Source: Mobula hypostoma
Taxonomy: Eukaryota
Direction of reading: 5' to 3'
Assembly: GCF_963921235.1 (NCBI RefSeq)
Contig: NC_086109.1
Location: forward strand, 16,928,001-16,992,000
Length of the DNA: 64,000 nt
Made by a program: the position numbers and the translations under genes. Positions 38,310 through 51,984 of the stretch are shown here, in pieces. The notes beneath the pieces were generated by a model. The model was given only the letters and a program-made list of their open reading frames with translations. It did no database searches and was not told the DNA's origin. Positions within the stretch are counted from its first letter, which is position 1. Each line of letters starts with the position of its first letter.

Positions 38310-39974
38310 GCATGTATAGTTTGCAGCTGAGCAATCCAAGTGCAGGACAAGAGACCGCAACTCATTGAACACTCAGCCATAATGTAAAAGAACAATGCAG
38401 ATTTGACCTTGATAGCCAATCACATCATGAAGAGACGTACCGTCATTGCAGACTATGTGGTTGCCAGGATCGTGGCGTCATCTGATACCCTTGGCACCGC
38501 CGTATATCAAAGTAGAAGACGGGTTGACAACCAGTCAGGAGTTGAATTCAAGATGAGGAATAATGCAGCAACAATCATAAGGTTGCTAATGCAATGAAAC
38601 AGTGATGAGCTTTTATTAAACCTTATAGTTGGTTGGCTACATGGAGTCAGTTTGGCTCCATATGTGAAGCCGTGGATGACCAATGGGGTAGAGTAGGATT
38701 GTATAGAGTAAAGTAGTAAAGAGGATGCTGATTGGTCTGTGAGAATGGAAGGATGTAGTAGATGAAACAAGCTTAACCTATAGTAAAAGGGGTGTGAGAA
38801 ATAGTGGCTTGTAGCACTTACAGTAGGTGGGGTTGCTCATTGGCTTGTACAGGATGAGTTAATAGTTCAACTTCTTCCCTGACTAGGAGAAGATTAATAT
38901 GTTTAATTTATTTAATTTAATTATTTGGTTTAACTGGAGGCATGGAGGCCAAATGCTTTGACTGGTTCAATGTTTGAAAGCCACGGACCTGGCGTATGTC
39001 AGGGTCTCACTATCTCTCTTAAGAGGTTATCAGAATCAGGTTTATCGTCACTGACTTACGTCACGAAATTTGTTGTTTTGTGGCAAGACACAATAAAAAA
39101 GTTACAAAATAAAAAGTAAAATAAATAAATAGTGCAAAGAGGGATAGAGAGGTAGTATTCATGAGTTCATGGTCCGCTCAGAAATGTAATGGCAGAGGGG
39201 AAGAAGCTGTTTCTTAAGTCTCAGAACTAGGAGGCACTGGTGGGCTGGTGGGGACAGAGTGCCGGCAGTCTCCAAAAGGGTAGTTTTGTGAAGCCAGCAC
39301 AGTGGAATGGAGATGGAAATTGTTGGATGTGTGCCTTTCAAGATGCCACCACGTCCCTGTGGAGAGATGAAGACAGCGTACTGCCTTTCACTGTCATAAA
39401 GTGCCAGCATTCCCAACTGCAGTCAGCGAGCAGACACATCGATAATGCCTTGGAGCTACTGAAAGTCTGCTGGCCCTCTGTGCTTAATTCTCATTACACC
39501 ATTCCGTCCATGCTGAGTGCACTTTTACAGATACCCGCTGTCTCGGGAGGGATTATTCATTTAAAGTTTGGGGAAAGGGATAAATGAATCAGCAGCGAAC
39601 AGAAATTTGCAAACCACCCCCTGTGTGCCTCATTCTCCAAACCTTGTTCTATATCAGGTGAGGTTCCCAAATGCTTAACGTCTTGTTGCTAGCTTCCAAA
39701 CTGGGGTCCTTTAAGTCTGGTTAACATTGCAACGTGGTCAGATATAAGCCCAACATTTACAATGGCATTGCCAAATACCAAAGCACTCTGCCCATAACAT
39801 CTTTGCACCCAAAGGCAAACCCTTTAAGTTGGATATGACAGGTTAGAGGAACAATTTGTACTGAGTTACACTGGGTTACGGGAAGAGAAGCAAAAAAGAT
39901 TGGTCTTTGTTTGGTCTTATAAGGTAGTCTTCAGCATAAAGTTAATTCCAATAACTGTGACTTCTGTGACCTTG

Positions 39975-40340
39975 AACGTTGGGGTTTGAGTACCTCAGAA
40001 ACTGTTGACCTCCTGGGATTTTCACGCACAGCAGACTCCAGGGTTTACAGAGAATGGTGCGAGAAACAAAAAACATCCAGCAAGCGGTAGTTCTGTGGGC
40101 GAAAATGCCTCGTTAATGAGAGAGGTCAGAGGAGAATGGCCAGACTGGTTCAAGCTGACAGAAAGTGACACTAACTCAAAAAAACCAAGCATTACAACAG
40201 TGGTGTGCAGAAGAGCATCTCTGAATGCACAACACATCGAACTTTGAAATGGACGGGCTGCAGCAGTAGAAGACTATGAATGTACACTCAAAGACACTTT
40301 ATTAGACACAGGAGGTACATTATAAAGATGCCACTGACTG
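39975..40340 (+). mobile_element. Second, truncated copy of the Tc1 deletion derivative
   Basis: Reverse complement of 31322-31700, ending GCCACTGACTG followed by TA. Confidence 0.82.
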
Positions 40341-40843
40341 TAGAGTGCCATAAATTACACATATTGATGCTCATTTTAAAATTCATTCACAGAGCTTGGA
40401 TGATTGTTGGCAAGAACTGCATTTATTGCCCGTTCCTCATAGAAGACTGATGAGTCACTATGTAGTCCACTTGGTGAAGGTATTCCCACAGTTCTGCCGG
40501 TTACCAAGCAACCATTTAAATGCTGCAGAGAGAGTTGGACATAACAACATGATTCAGCATTTCTGTGGAACTTCTATCTGGTAAACCATCTATCTTTCTT
40601 CACAAATTCATAGTCAAACACAGGCTGTTAGCCATGTGGGAGGTGAGAAAAAAAAAGGGCCAAAATTCTGGAATCATTTTAAGGAAGGGAAGAGTGGTAG
40701 AGAAGTGGAGTGGTTCAGAGAAGTCGTTCTACAAGTAGGTTAATTAGTCAGTGTAAATTGTCCTGTGATTAGGCTAGTGTTAAATAGGTGCATTGCTGGG
40801 TAGTGCAGCCCATTGGACTGGAAGGGCCTGTTCCACACTAAAT

Positions 40844-40910
40844 CAGGGATTTGCAGTCTGGAGTCCATAGACTCCTTGCTTAATGGCATAAAAAAGATTG
40901 GGGATTCCTG
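40844..40910. mobile_element. Tiny hAT (Charlie-like) MITE; related fragments near 2805-2870 and 31972-32028
   Basis: CAGG...CCTG ends, near-identical 8-bp flanks CACTAAAT and CTCTAAAT, and a shared internal ATGGCATAAAAAAG(A/G)TTGGGAACCCCTG motif. Confidence 0.55.
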
Positions 40911-43789
40911 CTCTAAATAAATAAACTCAGGGCCTAGGCAGCTAGGGATTTGTTGGGGCCAGGCTTATAGGCCTCAGGCTAATGTCCTTCTGTTACTTAA
41001 CCTAGTCGGGGCACCGAATACACGAGCAGGAAGGTTATACCCCAGCTTTGTAAAACATTGGTTAGACCTCCACTGGACTACTGTATGCAGTTCTGTTTAC
41101 CATCATATAGAAAGGAAGTGATGGTGCTGGAGAATGTGCAGAGGAGGTTCACCAGGACGTTGGCTCAGATAGAGTGTGCAGTTATGAGGAGATATTAGAG
41201 CAGCCAAGTCCATTTTCCCTGAGAAGAGAAGGTTAAGAGGCAACATGTCTGAAGTATATTAAACTGTGAGAGGTATAGATGGTGTAGATTGTAGGAAACC
41301 CATCTGGAAGGTAGATAAAACTAGAGGACGTAGATTTAGAGTAAGAGTCAGGGTTACAGGCAGCAGAGTGGGTGACACATTTCAGATGGGCAAAAATGAA
41401 CATTTGAATCACCCAGGCATCTGGGCCAAGAGCTGGAAGTTGGGGTTAATACAATGGATGCCACTGGTTGGCATGAATTGGTGGGCCGACTGGATTGTTT
41501 CCATGCTGTATGACTCAGTGTTTAAAATTACCTAAAAATTAAAGTCTGAGGGATTTGAAAATCAGCATTTTTTAAAAGCGAGGCTTTAACCAGGGCAAAA
41601 GTAGGGCAGCATGCAGAGTGGTTTTGTGTGAATTAGCTTGAGGTAAGATTCAGGCAGCTGAGTTTTGCAGGACCTCAGATCTGAAAATTGTCACTGGTAC
41701 GGGGTGCATTGGGACTGTTGAATTTATCACAAGGAGATGGGTGTTTCCAGAGCAGATGAAAAAGGGTAATGCTATGGAACTCATAGAGGTGCAACGGGTG
41801 TGCAGCTTGGAGTCAAATTGTGGGCAGACGATTATGTTAAATAGATAACATGCAGAATTTTGGTGTAACAGACTGAATTCCCTGTGAACTTACTTCGTAA
41901 GTAGGAAGATATTTTCATGGCATTGAAAAGATTGTATCTTTATTGTACTCACTGCCTTTCTGTGAGTCAGATAACCCTGTAACAGTTAATTTTTGACAAC
42001 TGTAGTGAGTAAGGTCCTTTATCTGGGAATTTGGCAGCAATCCATTCTTCTTTTAATTCAGCATTATACTATTCTTTGCAAGTTTAGAACAAGAATATAT
42101 ACCTTGTTGGGGATGATAAATCCTTTCCTTTTGTGAGATAATGCACGACAGAGGCACCAGGCACATATCTCTGAGCTAATACAGCAGCGCTGCCCACATA
42201 TTCCCCTCTCAGCTTCACTTCCACATCAAGGAAAGGAGCTGGCAGCTACATTCATAGAACAGTATAGCACAGTACAGGCCCTTCGGCCCACAATGTTGTG
42301 CTGACCCTTGAACCTGCTCCCAGATCAATCTAACCCTTCCCTCCCATATAGACCTCCATTTTTATATCATCCATATGCCCGTCTAATAGCCTTTTAAATA
42401 TCCCTAATGTACCTTGCTCTACCACCACCCCTGGCAGGGAGTTCCACACACCCACCACTCTCTGTGTAAAAGCCTACCTCTAACATCTTCCCTATACTTT
42501 CCTCCAAACACCTTGAAGTTAAGCCCCCCTCCCCCGCCATATTAGCCATTTCTGCCTTAGGAAAAGATCCCTGGCTACCCACACTATCTATGCCTCTTGT
42601 CACCTTGTACTCTTCTGAGATGGAGGTGTCAATGGTGCAAAATCAATGTTCTGAAAGCCTAATATTAAGTACACTTGGTTCATCTTTAGTCTGTGAGAGA
42701 CTCATTAACTTCACTAACAGCATTCAAGACATGCCAAATATTGGCATTGTTAGGCTTCATTTAAGACACTGTGGAGTTGCAAGCCTTAAACTCAACACAT
42801 GAACTCAGTGCCCAGTATGGTAGGAGGCATCAGAGATCAAACTGGTCCCACCAGCCTTTACCAGTGACCAGGATTAGATGTTAAACATGCATGGCGCCAT
42901 ATGGAATTGTACCAAAAACTGCAATTGATAGACCTTATTCAGGGTAATCAAGCTGGTGGATAAACAGGGCATGATGGATTCGCAGTGAACATGAGCTCAC
43001 AGAATGACAGAATGACTTGAAGGGGCTGAATGGCATCATGTTGCTGTGTTTTGGCAATGGCTAAATGGCAGCCCATATCTGGTGATGGTGTTGTACTGGC
43101 CCCTCAGCTGCTGAGTGGCCGGTGAGGTGAAGGGAAGCCATGGAGTCTTGGCAAAAGAAAGCAGGCAGGCAGTTCCTGGAGCTTTGCCTTTGGGAGTCAG
43201 AATGACAACTGGTGGAAATATGTAAATAAATTCACTAATTAAGATAAATGAATGTTATTTTCTTTAATTAATGCTTCACATTAACTGGTAAAATAATAGG
43301 ACCAATATCTGTACTTCTAACTGGGGGATTAGTCATTTCAAATAAAGAAACTCAAGAGATTTCTGCCTCAATTTGAATGAATCATCTTCATCAATTTCGA
43401 TCGTCGGGCACACTAATGTACTATATTGTATTTGATTTATAAATAAAAGAATCTGGCCTTCACAACCTCTTCCTAATAAAGTATTACAAAGGTTATCAAA
43501 TAGCTGGAGTGAAATTGATCTGAAAATGTCTCTGGGTTACCTGCGTTACGTCTGGGTCCTAGACCTACGTCTTTTCACTCAGGATGGCTCCACGCTAATG
43601 GCATCTCCCAGCTCTTCCTTGTGGGCATCCATTGAAGCCTACCTCTGTGGGAAGCCCATCTCAAGCTCCCTCAGCCTTCTGCCCCTGAAAAGCCAAGATA
43701 TCTGTCCACAGCCCCAACCACAGATAGAAGTAGTACAAATGATCGCAATGAGGCCACCCCCACCTCATATTCCTTCAGGGTAGTCTCCA

Positions 43790-44240
43790 ACCTGATGGTA
43801 TTTCTCTATCTTCTGGTAATTTTTCCTTTTCCCCCTTCTTTCCTCTTCCATTCCCCACTCTGGCTCCCCTCTTTCCTCTTCTCAGCTGCCTATCACCACC
43901 CCCGCCTACCTCCTCCTTCCCTTTCTCCCAGCGTCCACTCTCCTCTCCTATCAGATTCCTCCTTCTTCAGCCCTGTCCCTTTCCCACCTATCACATCCCA
44001 GCTTCCCATTTCATCCTCTCTACCTCACTCACTTACCTTCCCCCTCACCTGGCTTCACCTACCTTCTTACTTGTACTCCTACCCCTCCCACCCCACCTTC
44101 TTATTCTGGCCCTGATAAAGGGTCTCACCTCAAAACATTAACTGTTTATTCTTTTCCATAGATGCTACGTGACCTGCTGAGTTCCTCCAGCATTTTGTAT
44201 GTGTTGCTCTGGATCTCCAGCATCTGCAGGATCCTTTGTA
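43790..44240 (+). mobile_element. Penelope-derived 3'/pLTR fragment
   Basis: GGGTAGTCTCCAACCTGATGG (GIY-YIG end), pyrimidine tract, degenerate hammerhead and family 3' end. Confidence 0.8.
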
Positions 44241-45234
44241 TTTATTCTTTCTCTCGCTTTGTCTGCCCTCATCTACCATTCAACTGTGACTTCAACACAA
44301 CTCCACACCTGCTCCCCTCCCCTACCTGACACCTCCTGCCTGTCATCGTACACACCTCCTGTCAATCACCTAGGGCTCCTGCCTCACTACTCACCTTCAG
44401 CTCTTTACACTGACCACCTCACCTCTCCAGTCTCGGTCCTGTTGCAGAATTTTGATCAGAAATGTTCCCTCCCATGGGTGCTGCTCAACCCACTGATTGT
44501 CTGTTGATGTCAATGTTTAGGTTGCTAGGCAGTCACTCCACTCTTTAAGAAGTGAGGGAGGCAAAAAAAAATCACAAATGTTAGGCCAATTAGCCTGACT
44601 TCATCAAATGGCAGGATGGTAGAATCCATTATAAAGGATGAAGTCCTGGAATACTTGGAGCTCCGTGATAAATACGCTCAAGTCAGCATGGTTTGCTTAA
44701 GGAGAAATATTGGGTATTGGTTTATTGGTATTGGGTTATTATTGTCACATCTACCAAGATACAGTGAAAAGCTTGTCTTGCATACTGTTCATACTTATCA
44801 AATAATCACCCACTGCATTGAGTTAGAATAAAGTAAAAGAAATAATAAAGTTGCATGCCATCTTGGACAATGTCTCCCATCCACTACATAATGTACTGGT
44901 TGGGCACAGGAGTACATTCAGCCAGAGACTCATTCCACCGTGATGCAACACAGAGCGTCATAAGAAGTCATTCCTGCCTGTGGCCATCAAACTTTACAAC
45001 TCCTCCCTTGGAGGGTCAGACACCCTGAGCCAATAGGCTGGTCCTGGACTTATTTCCTGGCATAATTTACATATTACTATTTAACTATTTATGGTGTTAT
45101 TACTATTTATTATTTATGGTGCAACTGTAACGAAAACCAATTTACCCCAGGATCAATAAAGTTTGACTATGACTATGACTAATAACAATGCAGAACAAAG
45201 TGTAAAAGCAACCAAAAGAGTCCCTGAAGAGTAA

Positions 45235-45815
45235 CAACAAAGGCATTGGTCAGACCACATTTGGAGTACAGTATTGGGAGCACAGTGGAGCCCCGTGTCT
45301 AAGAAAGGATGTGCTAGCACTGGAGAGAGCCCAGAGGAGGTTTACAAAAATTATCCTTGGAATGAAAGGGTTAACGTATGAGGAGCATTTGATGGCTCTG
45401 ACCCTGTACTCATTGGATTTTAGAAGAATGAGGGGGTGGGACCTTATTGAAACCTACTGAATATTGGAAGGCATAGATAGAGTGGACATTGAGAGAATGC
45501 TTCCAACAGTGGAAGAGTCTAGGACCAGAAGGCATGGCCGCAGAATACAAGGACATCTCTTTAAAACAGAGATGAGGAGGAATTTCTTTAGCCAGAGGGT
45601 GGTGAATCTGTGGAACTTATTGCCACAGACGAATGAGGAGGCCAAGTCATTGGTAACATTTAAAGCAGAGGTTGATGTTTTCTTGATTAGTAAGGCCACC
45701 AAAGGTTACGGGGAGACAGTAAGCGAATAGGGCTGAGAGGGAAAATAAATCAGCCATGATCAAATAGCAGAGCAGACTCGATGGCCTAATTCTATGCTGA
45801 TATCTTAAAGGCTTA
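45235..45815 (+). mobile_element. CR1 3' fragment
   Basis: Peptide GIDRVDIERMLP...EMRRNFFSQRVVNLWNLLP. Confidence 0.85.
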
Positions 45816-46596
45816 TAGGAATGTTTCATTATGCTGTGTGTGCGACAGTATATGAGACATTGTTGTAGGATGAAGAATAGCAGCCTGGAAGTCTGAGAAG
45901 GTAACCAACAAGCTGTTTGTTCAACGTTGCATTGCCTCGGGTTCTCAAGTCAGGGACTCTGAGTGGAACAAGAACAAACAGAACTGTAAACCTCAGGGGC
46001 ACCCTTCCAATTAGTGTGTGTTTCATGGCTCACGTAGCAGGGTCACAGGAGGAGAAGGTGAACTCTAGACAGAAGGGACTTATGTTTCCAGTGCTTACTT
46101 GATCTCATGCCCCAAAGTGCTTCTAGCCCAGGAGGTGCTCCTGATGCTCAGTCACTATGAGAGATGAAGGCACCAGAGGAAGTGGTAGAGGCAAGTGTAA
46201 TTATAGCATTTAAAAACACTGGGGAAAGGTACGTGGACAGGAAAAGTTTAGAGGGATATGGGCCAAACAGGCAAATGGGACCATCTCAAGATGACAACTT
46301 GGCCATCATGGGACAAGTAGGCCAGAAGGGCTTATTTCCATGCTGTTTAACTCAATGACTCTACACTGCAACTAAGTTGCCCATGTCAAGCTAACTAAAA
46401 GAGCAACACACTCATGACCAAGCCACATTTTGTCGATTGATTGGATAAAGATTGGCAGAGGGAAAAATTATCACAAGCATCTTTAGAAGAACAATACCTT
46501 TGCAAAATGCATGGTTCAAAATCAGAATCAGATTAATTAATGAACAGTATATTTTATATATTCATACATATTAATATACACTATATATAATATATA

Positions 46597-47500
46597 CAGT
46601 GGATTCTAGTTCATTGGGACACATCAGGACCAGTACATCTTGGCCCAGTTAAGTGGCTGCCCAAATTAGCATGGAAATAGTTTAAAAGTGACAAACTATG
46701 TTTAACTGAGTAACAGACTATGTATTTAAATGAAATACAGAACAAATTAGAACACTGTTAATATTACTACAGTACAATAAAATGGTATATTAGTTCCTAA
46801 TCGACAAAAGAATTCATACATTGTCTGCTGCCATGTTCGTTTGATTGACTGTAAATGAACAAAATCAGTGCAGACATTGAGTGCAGCTAATGAACTACCT
46901 TCATTGCCTTCCTGCATGAAGTAGTGACAAAAATCACTCCTTTTTAATTCATAGTCTGTCGGCCCAAATGCATTAGAAAACACAAGCATGCACACAACTG
47001 ACACTATTTAAAAACTGTTCAGTCTAAGCATGGCAGTGTCTAAAGACCACACAAGTGTATGCAACAGATGCTAGTCAGTTAGAAACTGTTGCATCCTTCA
47101 GTTCATTGTAACATTCAAAACGTTACCTTCTAAGTCTTTGTAGTTCCTAGCTTGCTGAAGTAGTGATTTCATTTTCACTCCCAGCCATTTCTCGTATTTC
47201 CAAGCCTGAATGCTTGAAATCACAATGAGCAAAACAATTCTGAATTGTCTTACTGCTTATTTCTCACCAGCAGTGACAAAATTCACTGCTTTTTGAAAAG
47301 GAACGCACGCAGCTGAAGCTATTTAGAAGTTGTTTGCTCTAAACATGATGTAGTGTCTAACAGCCACACGTGTATACGATTAACACTAGTTAGAAACTGT
47401 TAGTCAACACTCTCTTGTCCCAATTAGGCGACATAGTGGCCCAAATAAATGAAGAAAATCCCAGCTATTTTCTCAATTAGTTTTTGTTTTTTAGGAGTTT
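46597..47500. mobile_element. Probable pogo/Tigger-like DNA transposon remnant
   Basis: Starts TA|CAGTGGATTCTAGTTCATTGGG and has repeated CCCAATTA-like subterminal motifs. The second TIR was not found. Confidence 0.45.
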
Positions 47501-47687
47501 TAAACAAAATGAAACAGTCTCAAAAGACCATACGACATAGTGAGGTAGTGTTCATGGGTGCATTGACAGTTCAGAAATCCAGAAATCTGATGGTGGAGGG
47601 GAAGAAGCTGTTCCTAGAATGTTGGGTGTGTATTGTCAGGCTCCTGTACATCCTCCCTGATGGAAGCCCTCACTGAAATCGTTCCAC

Positions 47688-48135
47688 ATAACCATATAAC
47701 CATATAACAACTACAGCATGGAAACAGGCCATCTCAGCCCTTCTAGTCTGTGCCGAACTCTTACTCTCACCTAGTCCCACCGACCTGCACTCAGCCCATA
47801 ACCCTCCATTCCTTTCCTGTCCATATAGCTATCCAATTTGACTTTAAATGGCAACATCGAACCTGCCTCAACCACTTCTGCTGGAAGCTCGTTCCACACA
47901 GCTACCACTCTCTGAGTAAAGAAGTACCCCCTCATATTACCCCTAAACTTTTGCCCTTTAATTCTCAACTCATGTCCTCTTGTTTGAATCTCCCCCACTC
48001 TCAATGGAAAAAGACTATCCACGTCAACTCTATCTATCCCCCTCATAATTTTAAATACCTCTATCAAGTCCCTCCTCAACCTTCTATGCTCCAAAGAATA
48101 AAGACCCAACTTGTTCAACCCTTCTTTGTAACTCT
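47688..48135 (-). mobile_element. Young CR1 3' fragment
   Basis: Uninterrupted peptide LGLYSLEHRRLRRDLIEVFKIMRGIDRVD...FFTQRVVAVWNELP, with an (ACCATATA)n tail. Confidence 0.92.
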
Positions 48136-48809
48136 GTAACTTAGGTTCCTCAGCACCAGCAGTGAAACATCAACATGTCCACGTGTACATCTCCTCAAAG
48201 AGAAACAGGGTCATCACTTCAGGTCGCAAAGCTTACACCAGAACATTTGTCAGCACCAGCTTGGGATCTGTTAGCAAGAGCCTGCTGGTCTCTGTGCTGC
48301 CTAAGCTTTCCCCATAACCATAATCACATGCTGGGTCATCTCGGGGCTCTTTAGTCCTTTCCAATAGGGAGGGCAGTTGCTCTGGGTCTGTTTGTTGTCC
48401 CATTGGACCTCCCACCAGTAGAGACATCTACACAAACACAGAGGTCAGGCATTGCAAGGAATGTTCCTGAGTAGCAATATCTTCGGATCCTGTCCCAGCC
48501 CACCCACTTCACGGATTTTCCTGCCATACAGCAGTCATGCCACTGTTATTTCATCCACTTTCCGACATTGTCAAGCACGTAATCCATTTGTCAGGTGGGC
48601 AATTCCCCTCCCAAGATGTCACTTAGACACACTGCAGTACTTCAAAATCATTGCGGACACTACGCATCCTGCAGTCAGCCTTTGCCAAAAGCTCCCTTCT
48701 CCCTTCTATAAAAACAAAAAATTTTGTGCAATCTTAAAAATTTCTTCTCTTAAGGAGTTAATCAATCGTTCAAGTTAGCTCCCCCATCCCCATCTATCTA
48801 TTACCCACA

Positions 48810-49400
48810 CTGGAAATCTGTTTGAGTGGTGCCACAACAACCTCTTACTTAATGTCAGCAAAACTGAAGAGCTGATTATTGACCTCAGGAGGATGAAACT
48901 GGGGGATCAAAGGTGGAGAGGGTCAACAACTTTATATTCCTCAGTGTTATTATTTCATAGGCTCTGTCCTGGGCCCGGCACAGAAGTGCAATTACAAAGA
49001 AAATACGACAGTACCTCCACCTCCATAGAAGTTTGCAATGATTTGGCATGAAATCTAAAACTTTGACAAACTTCTATAGACGCGTGATGGAGCAAAAATT
49101 GACTGGAAACACTATTGCCTTTGAACAGGAAATCCTACAAAATGTAGTGGATATGGTTCAGTCTATCACCGATAAATTTCTCTCAACTGTTGAGCACATC
49201 TACACAGAGTGCTTTTGCAGGAAAGCAGCATCCATCATCAGGGTCCCCAGCCACCCAGGTCATGCCCCCTTCTCACTGCTGCCAACAGGAAGAAGGTACC
49301 GGAGCCTCCGGACTCATACTAACTGCTTCAGGAACAATTATAACCGCTCAACCATCGGGCTCTTGAACCAGTAGGGATAATTTCACTCAACTTCACTGTT
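48810..49400 (+). mobile_element. Rex1/Babar-like LINE RT C-terminal fragment
   Basis: Peptides WCHNN-LLLNVSKTEELIIDLRR and KTLTNFYR...SHPGHAPFSLLPTGRRYRSLRTHT. Confidence 0.78.
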
Positions 49401-51057
49401 TGAGATTAAAGTTTGGCCAAAAGTGAGGGAGAGGAAAAGTATAACATTTTTTCCCTCCATGGAGTCTATTGGAAAATTATAGTGTCATAGAGCACTAGAG
49501 CTCAGAAACAGGCCCTTCGGCCCATCTAGTCCATGCCGAGCAAGGTGGGCCTATTGAGAAAAGTTCTCCATACCAAATCAAACAGCAAAAATGACATTGG
49601 CAGCTCTGTTATTGAAGGTACAGAGAATTGCTCTGCAGGGACAGGAAGGGAGTCTCACCCCAGCTGTGATCACAGAGTGTGCAGCACAGGTGCAGGCTGC
49701 TCAGAAATGCTCTCAATCTCTCTGTGATGTTAATTCTGTACGCATGATTCATCAGCGTATATGGGCATGCAATTAAACTGAGACAAGGATACATGGTTTA
49801 AGGCGTCGTCTGGGTTTCCTAGACTGAGCCAGAGAATTCAGGAAAACAAGCCCAGGTATGAAGCAAGGCAGTGTAGAATTCTCAAAGAGAGCAGATGGCT
49901 CTAAGATTTTGCATCTTTCTCTCATCACGGACCTTTTGCGTAGAGGTTAGTGTAAAGCTACTACAGTGCCACCTGTCAGATCGGGGTTCAATTTCCACCA
50001 CTCTCTGGTGACTGTGACTGTGTAGATTTCCCCCAGCTTCTCCAGTTTCCTCCCACATTCCAAAGATTTATGGGTCAGAGATAGCAAGTTGTGGGCATTC
50101 TGTGTTGGTGTCGGAAGCATAGCAACTCTTGAGGGCTCAGTACAGTCTTTATGACAGTGCAATACTCTCTCAGAAACAGAGGCTTGTATTGCCCAGGAGT
50201 AGAGTTTCTGGTTCAATAACTAGATCAGAAGAATATAAGAGAATAGGAGCAGCAGGAGGTCAATCAGCTCCTCAGCTTACCTAACCATCAAAATAGGCGT
50301 GGCTGATGAAGGCTGACTGCCTCAGTCTTCATCTCCTCTTCTGTGCCAGTCTCCCAGAGTCCTCTAAAAAATATTAGCTTTATTTGTCACATGCACGTCG
50401 AAACATTAAAACATACAGTGAAATGCGGAGTCTTGTGTCAAACAACCAACACAGTCCAAGGATTGTGCTGGGAGCAGCCTGCAAGTGTTGCCTCGCTTCC
50501 AGCACCAACATAGCATGGCCACAACTTACTAACCATAACCATATGTCTTTGGGAGCACACTGAAGAAACCCACATGGTTGTAGGGAGAATGTACAACTCC
50601 TTACAAGAACCGAATCCCAATCAATGATAGCAGGTGCTGTAAAATGATTGTGTTAACTTTTACACTGTGCTGCCCACAATTCTCTGATCTTTCAAAAACT
50701 ATCTACATCCTCGCTGCCTACCTTGAATATTTCACAACCCTCTCTGGGTTAGAAAATTCCAAAGATTCACCACTGCATGAAAAAAATATTCTACATACCT
50801 CATTTTCCAATGGATCACTCCCCAGTCACATAATTATGTCTCCTCATTTGAGCTTTCCCTAAACAGGTGAAAACATCTCATCATCTACAGTACTGTGTCC
50901 ATTCTTGACCTTATATGCTTCCGTTATTCTATTAAACTCCAAATTGAACTTCAATAACTCTTCATGATAAAACAAACCCCTCATTACTATAATAAGCCAA
51001 GCAAATTTCTTTCTTAAGTAATGGGACCAAACCTGTGTTACAGTATTCTACAGTCCA

Positions 51058-51640
51058 TAATTGGGGGACCACTTCACTGAGCACCTCCACTTCATTCTCC
51101 AAAAGCGGAAATGCTAGTGACCCAACATTTTAGTTCCCATTCCCTTCCCACTCCGACATATTGGTCCATGGCTTCCTCTTGTGCCATGATGAGGCCACCC
51201 TCTGGGTAACCTCCAACCAAAAGGCATGAATATCAATTTCTTTTTCCAGTAAAAAAAATTCCCTCCACCTCCCCTCTTCTTCTACTCCCCACTCTAGCCT
51301 CTTACCTCTTCCCTTCTGCCTATCACATCCCCTGGTGTCCCTCCTCCTTCCATTTCTCCTATGGTCCACTCTCCTCTCCTATCAGATTCTTTCACCTCCA
51401 GCACTTTACCTTTCCCACCCAGCTGGATCCTGGATTCACCTATCACCTTCTAGCTCTCCTTCGTCCCCCTACCTTTATCCTGGCATCTAACCCCTTCCTT
51501 TCCAGTCCTGAAGAAGGCTCTCAGCCCCCAACGCTAACTCTTTGTCCATTTCCATGGATGCTGCCTGACCTGCTGTGTTTCTCCTGCATTTTGTGTGTGT
51601 TGCTCTGGATTTCTGGCATCTGCAGAATTTCTTCTGTTTG
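51058..51640 (+). mobile_element. Penelope-like 3' fragment
   Basis: Degenerate GIY-YIG C-terminal DNA similar to 16060-16290, plus a pyrimidine tract and pLTR end. Confidence 0.8.
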
Positions 51641-51984
51641 CGTTACTCTAGCTGTGGTCTCGCCAGAATCCTGAGCAAGTGTAACAATACTTCCCTATTT
51701 CTAAACTCCAACCCTCTTGAAATAAAGGTCAATCTTCTGAACCACTTGCTGAACCTCCCAGCAAACGTTTTGTGATTCATGCACAGAGCACTTAGATCTC
51801 TTTGTACTTTTCTCATTTACAGTCGCTCTCCATTTAGAATAATTCACATTTAGATTCTTCTGACTGAAGTGTATGATCTCACACTTTCCCACAGTAAACT
51901 TCATCTGCCAAGTTTTCACCCACTCATTCAGCCTATCTATATCTTGTTGCAGAGTCCTAAATTCTTCATTGTAACTTGCCTTCG

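Noticed and set aside
38330..39030. NUMT or solo LTR in a strand-skewed unique segment
   Set aside because: CCAAT and AATAAA occur on the minus strand, but I found no TG..CA termini with a TSD and no recognisable mitochondrial gene.
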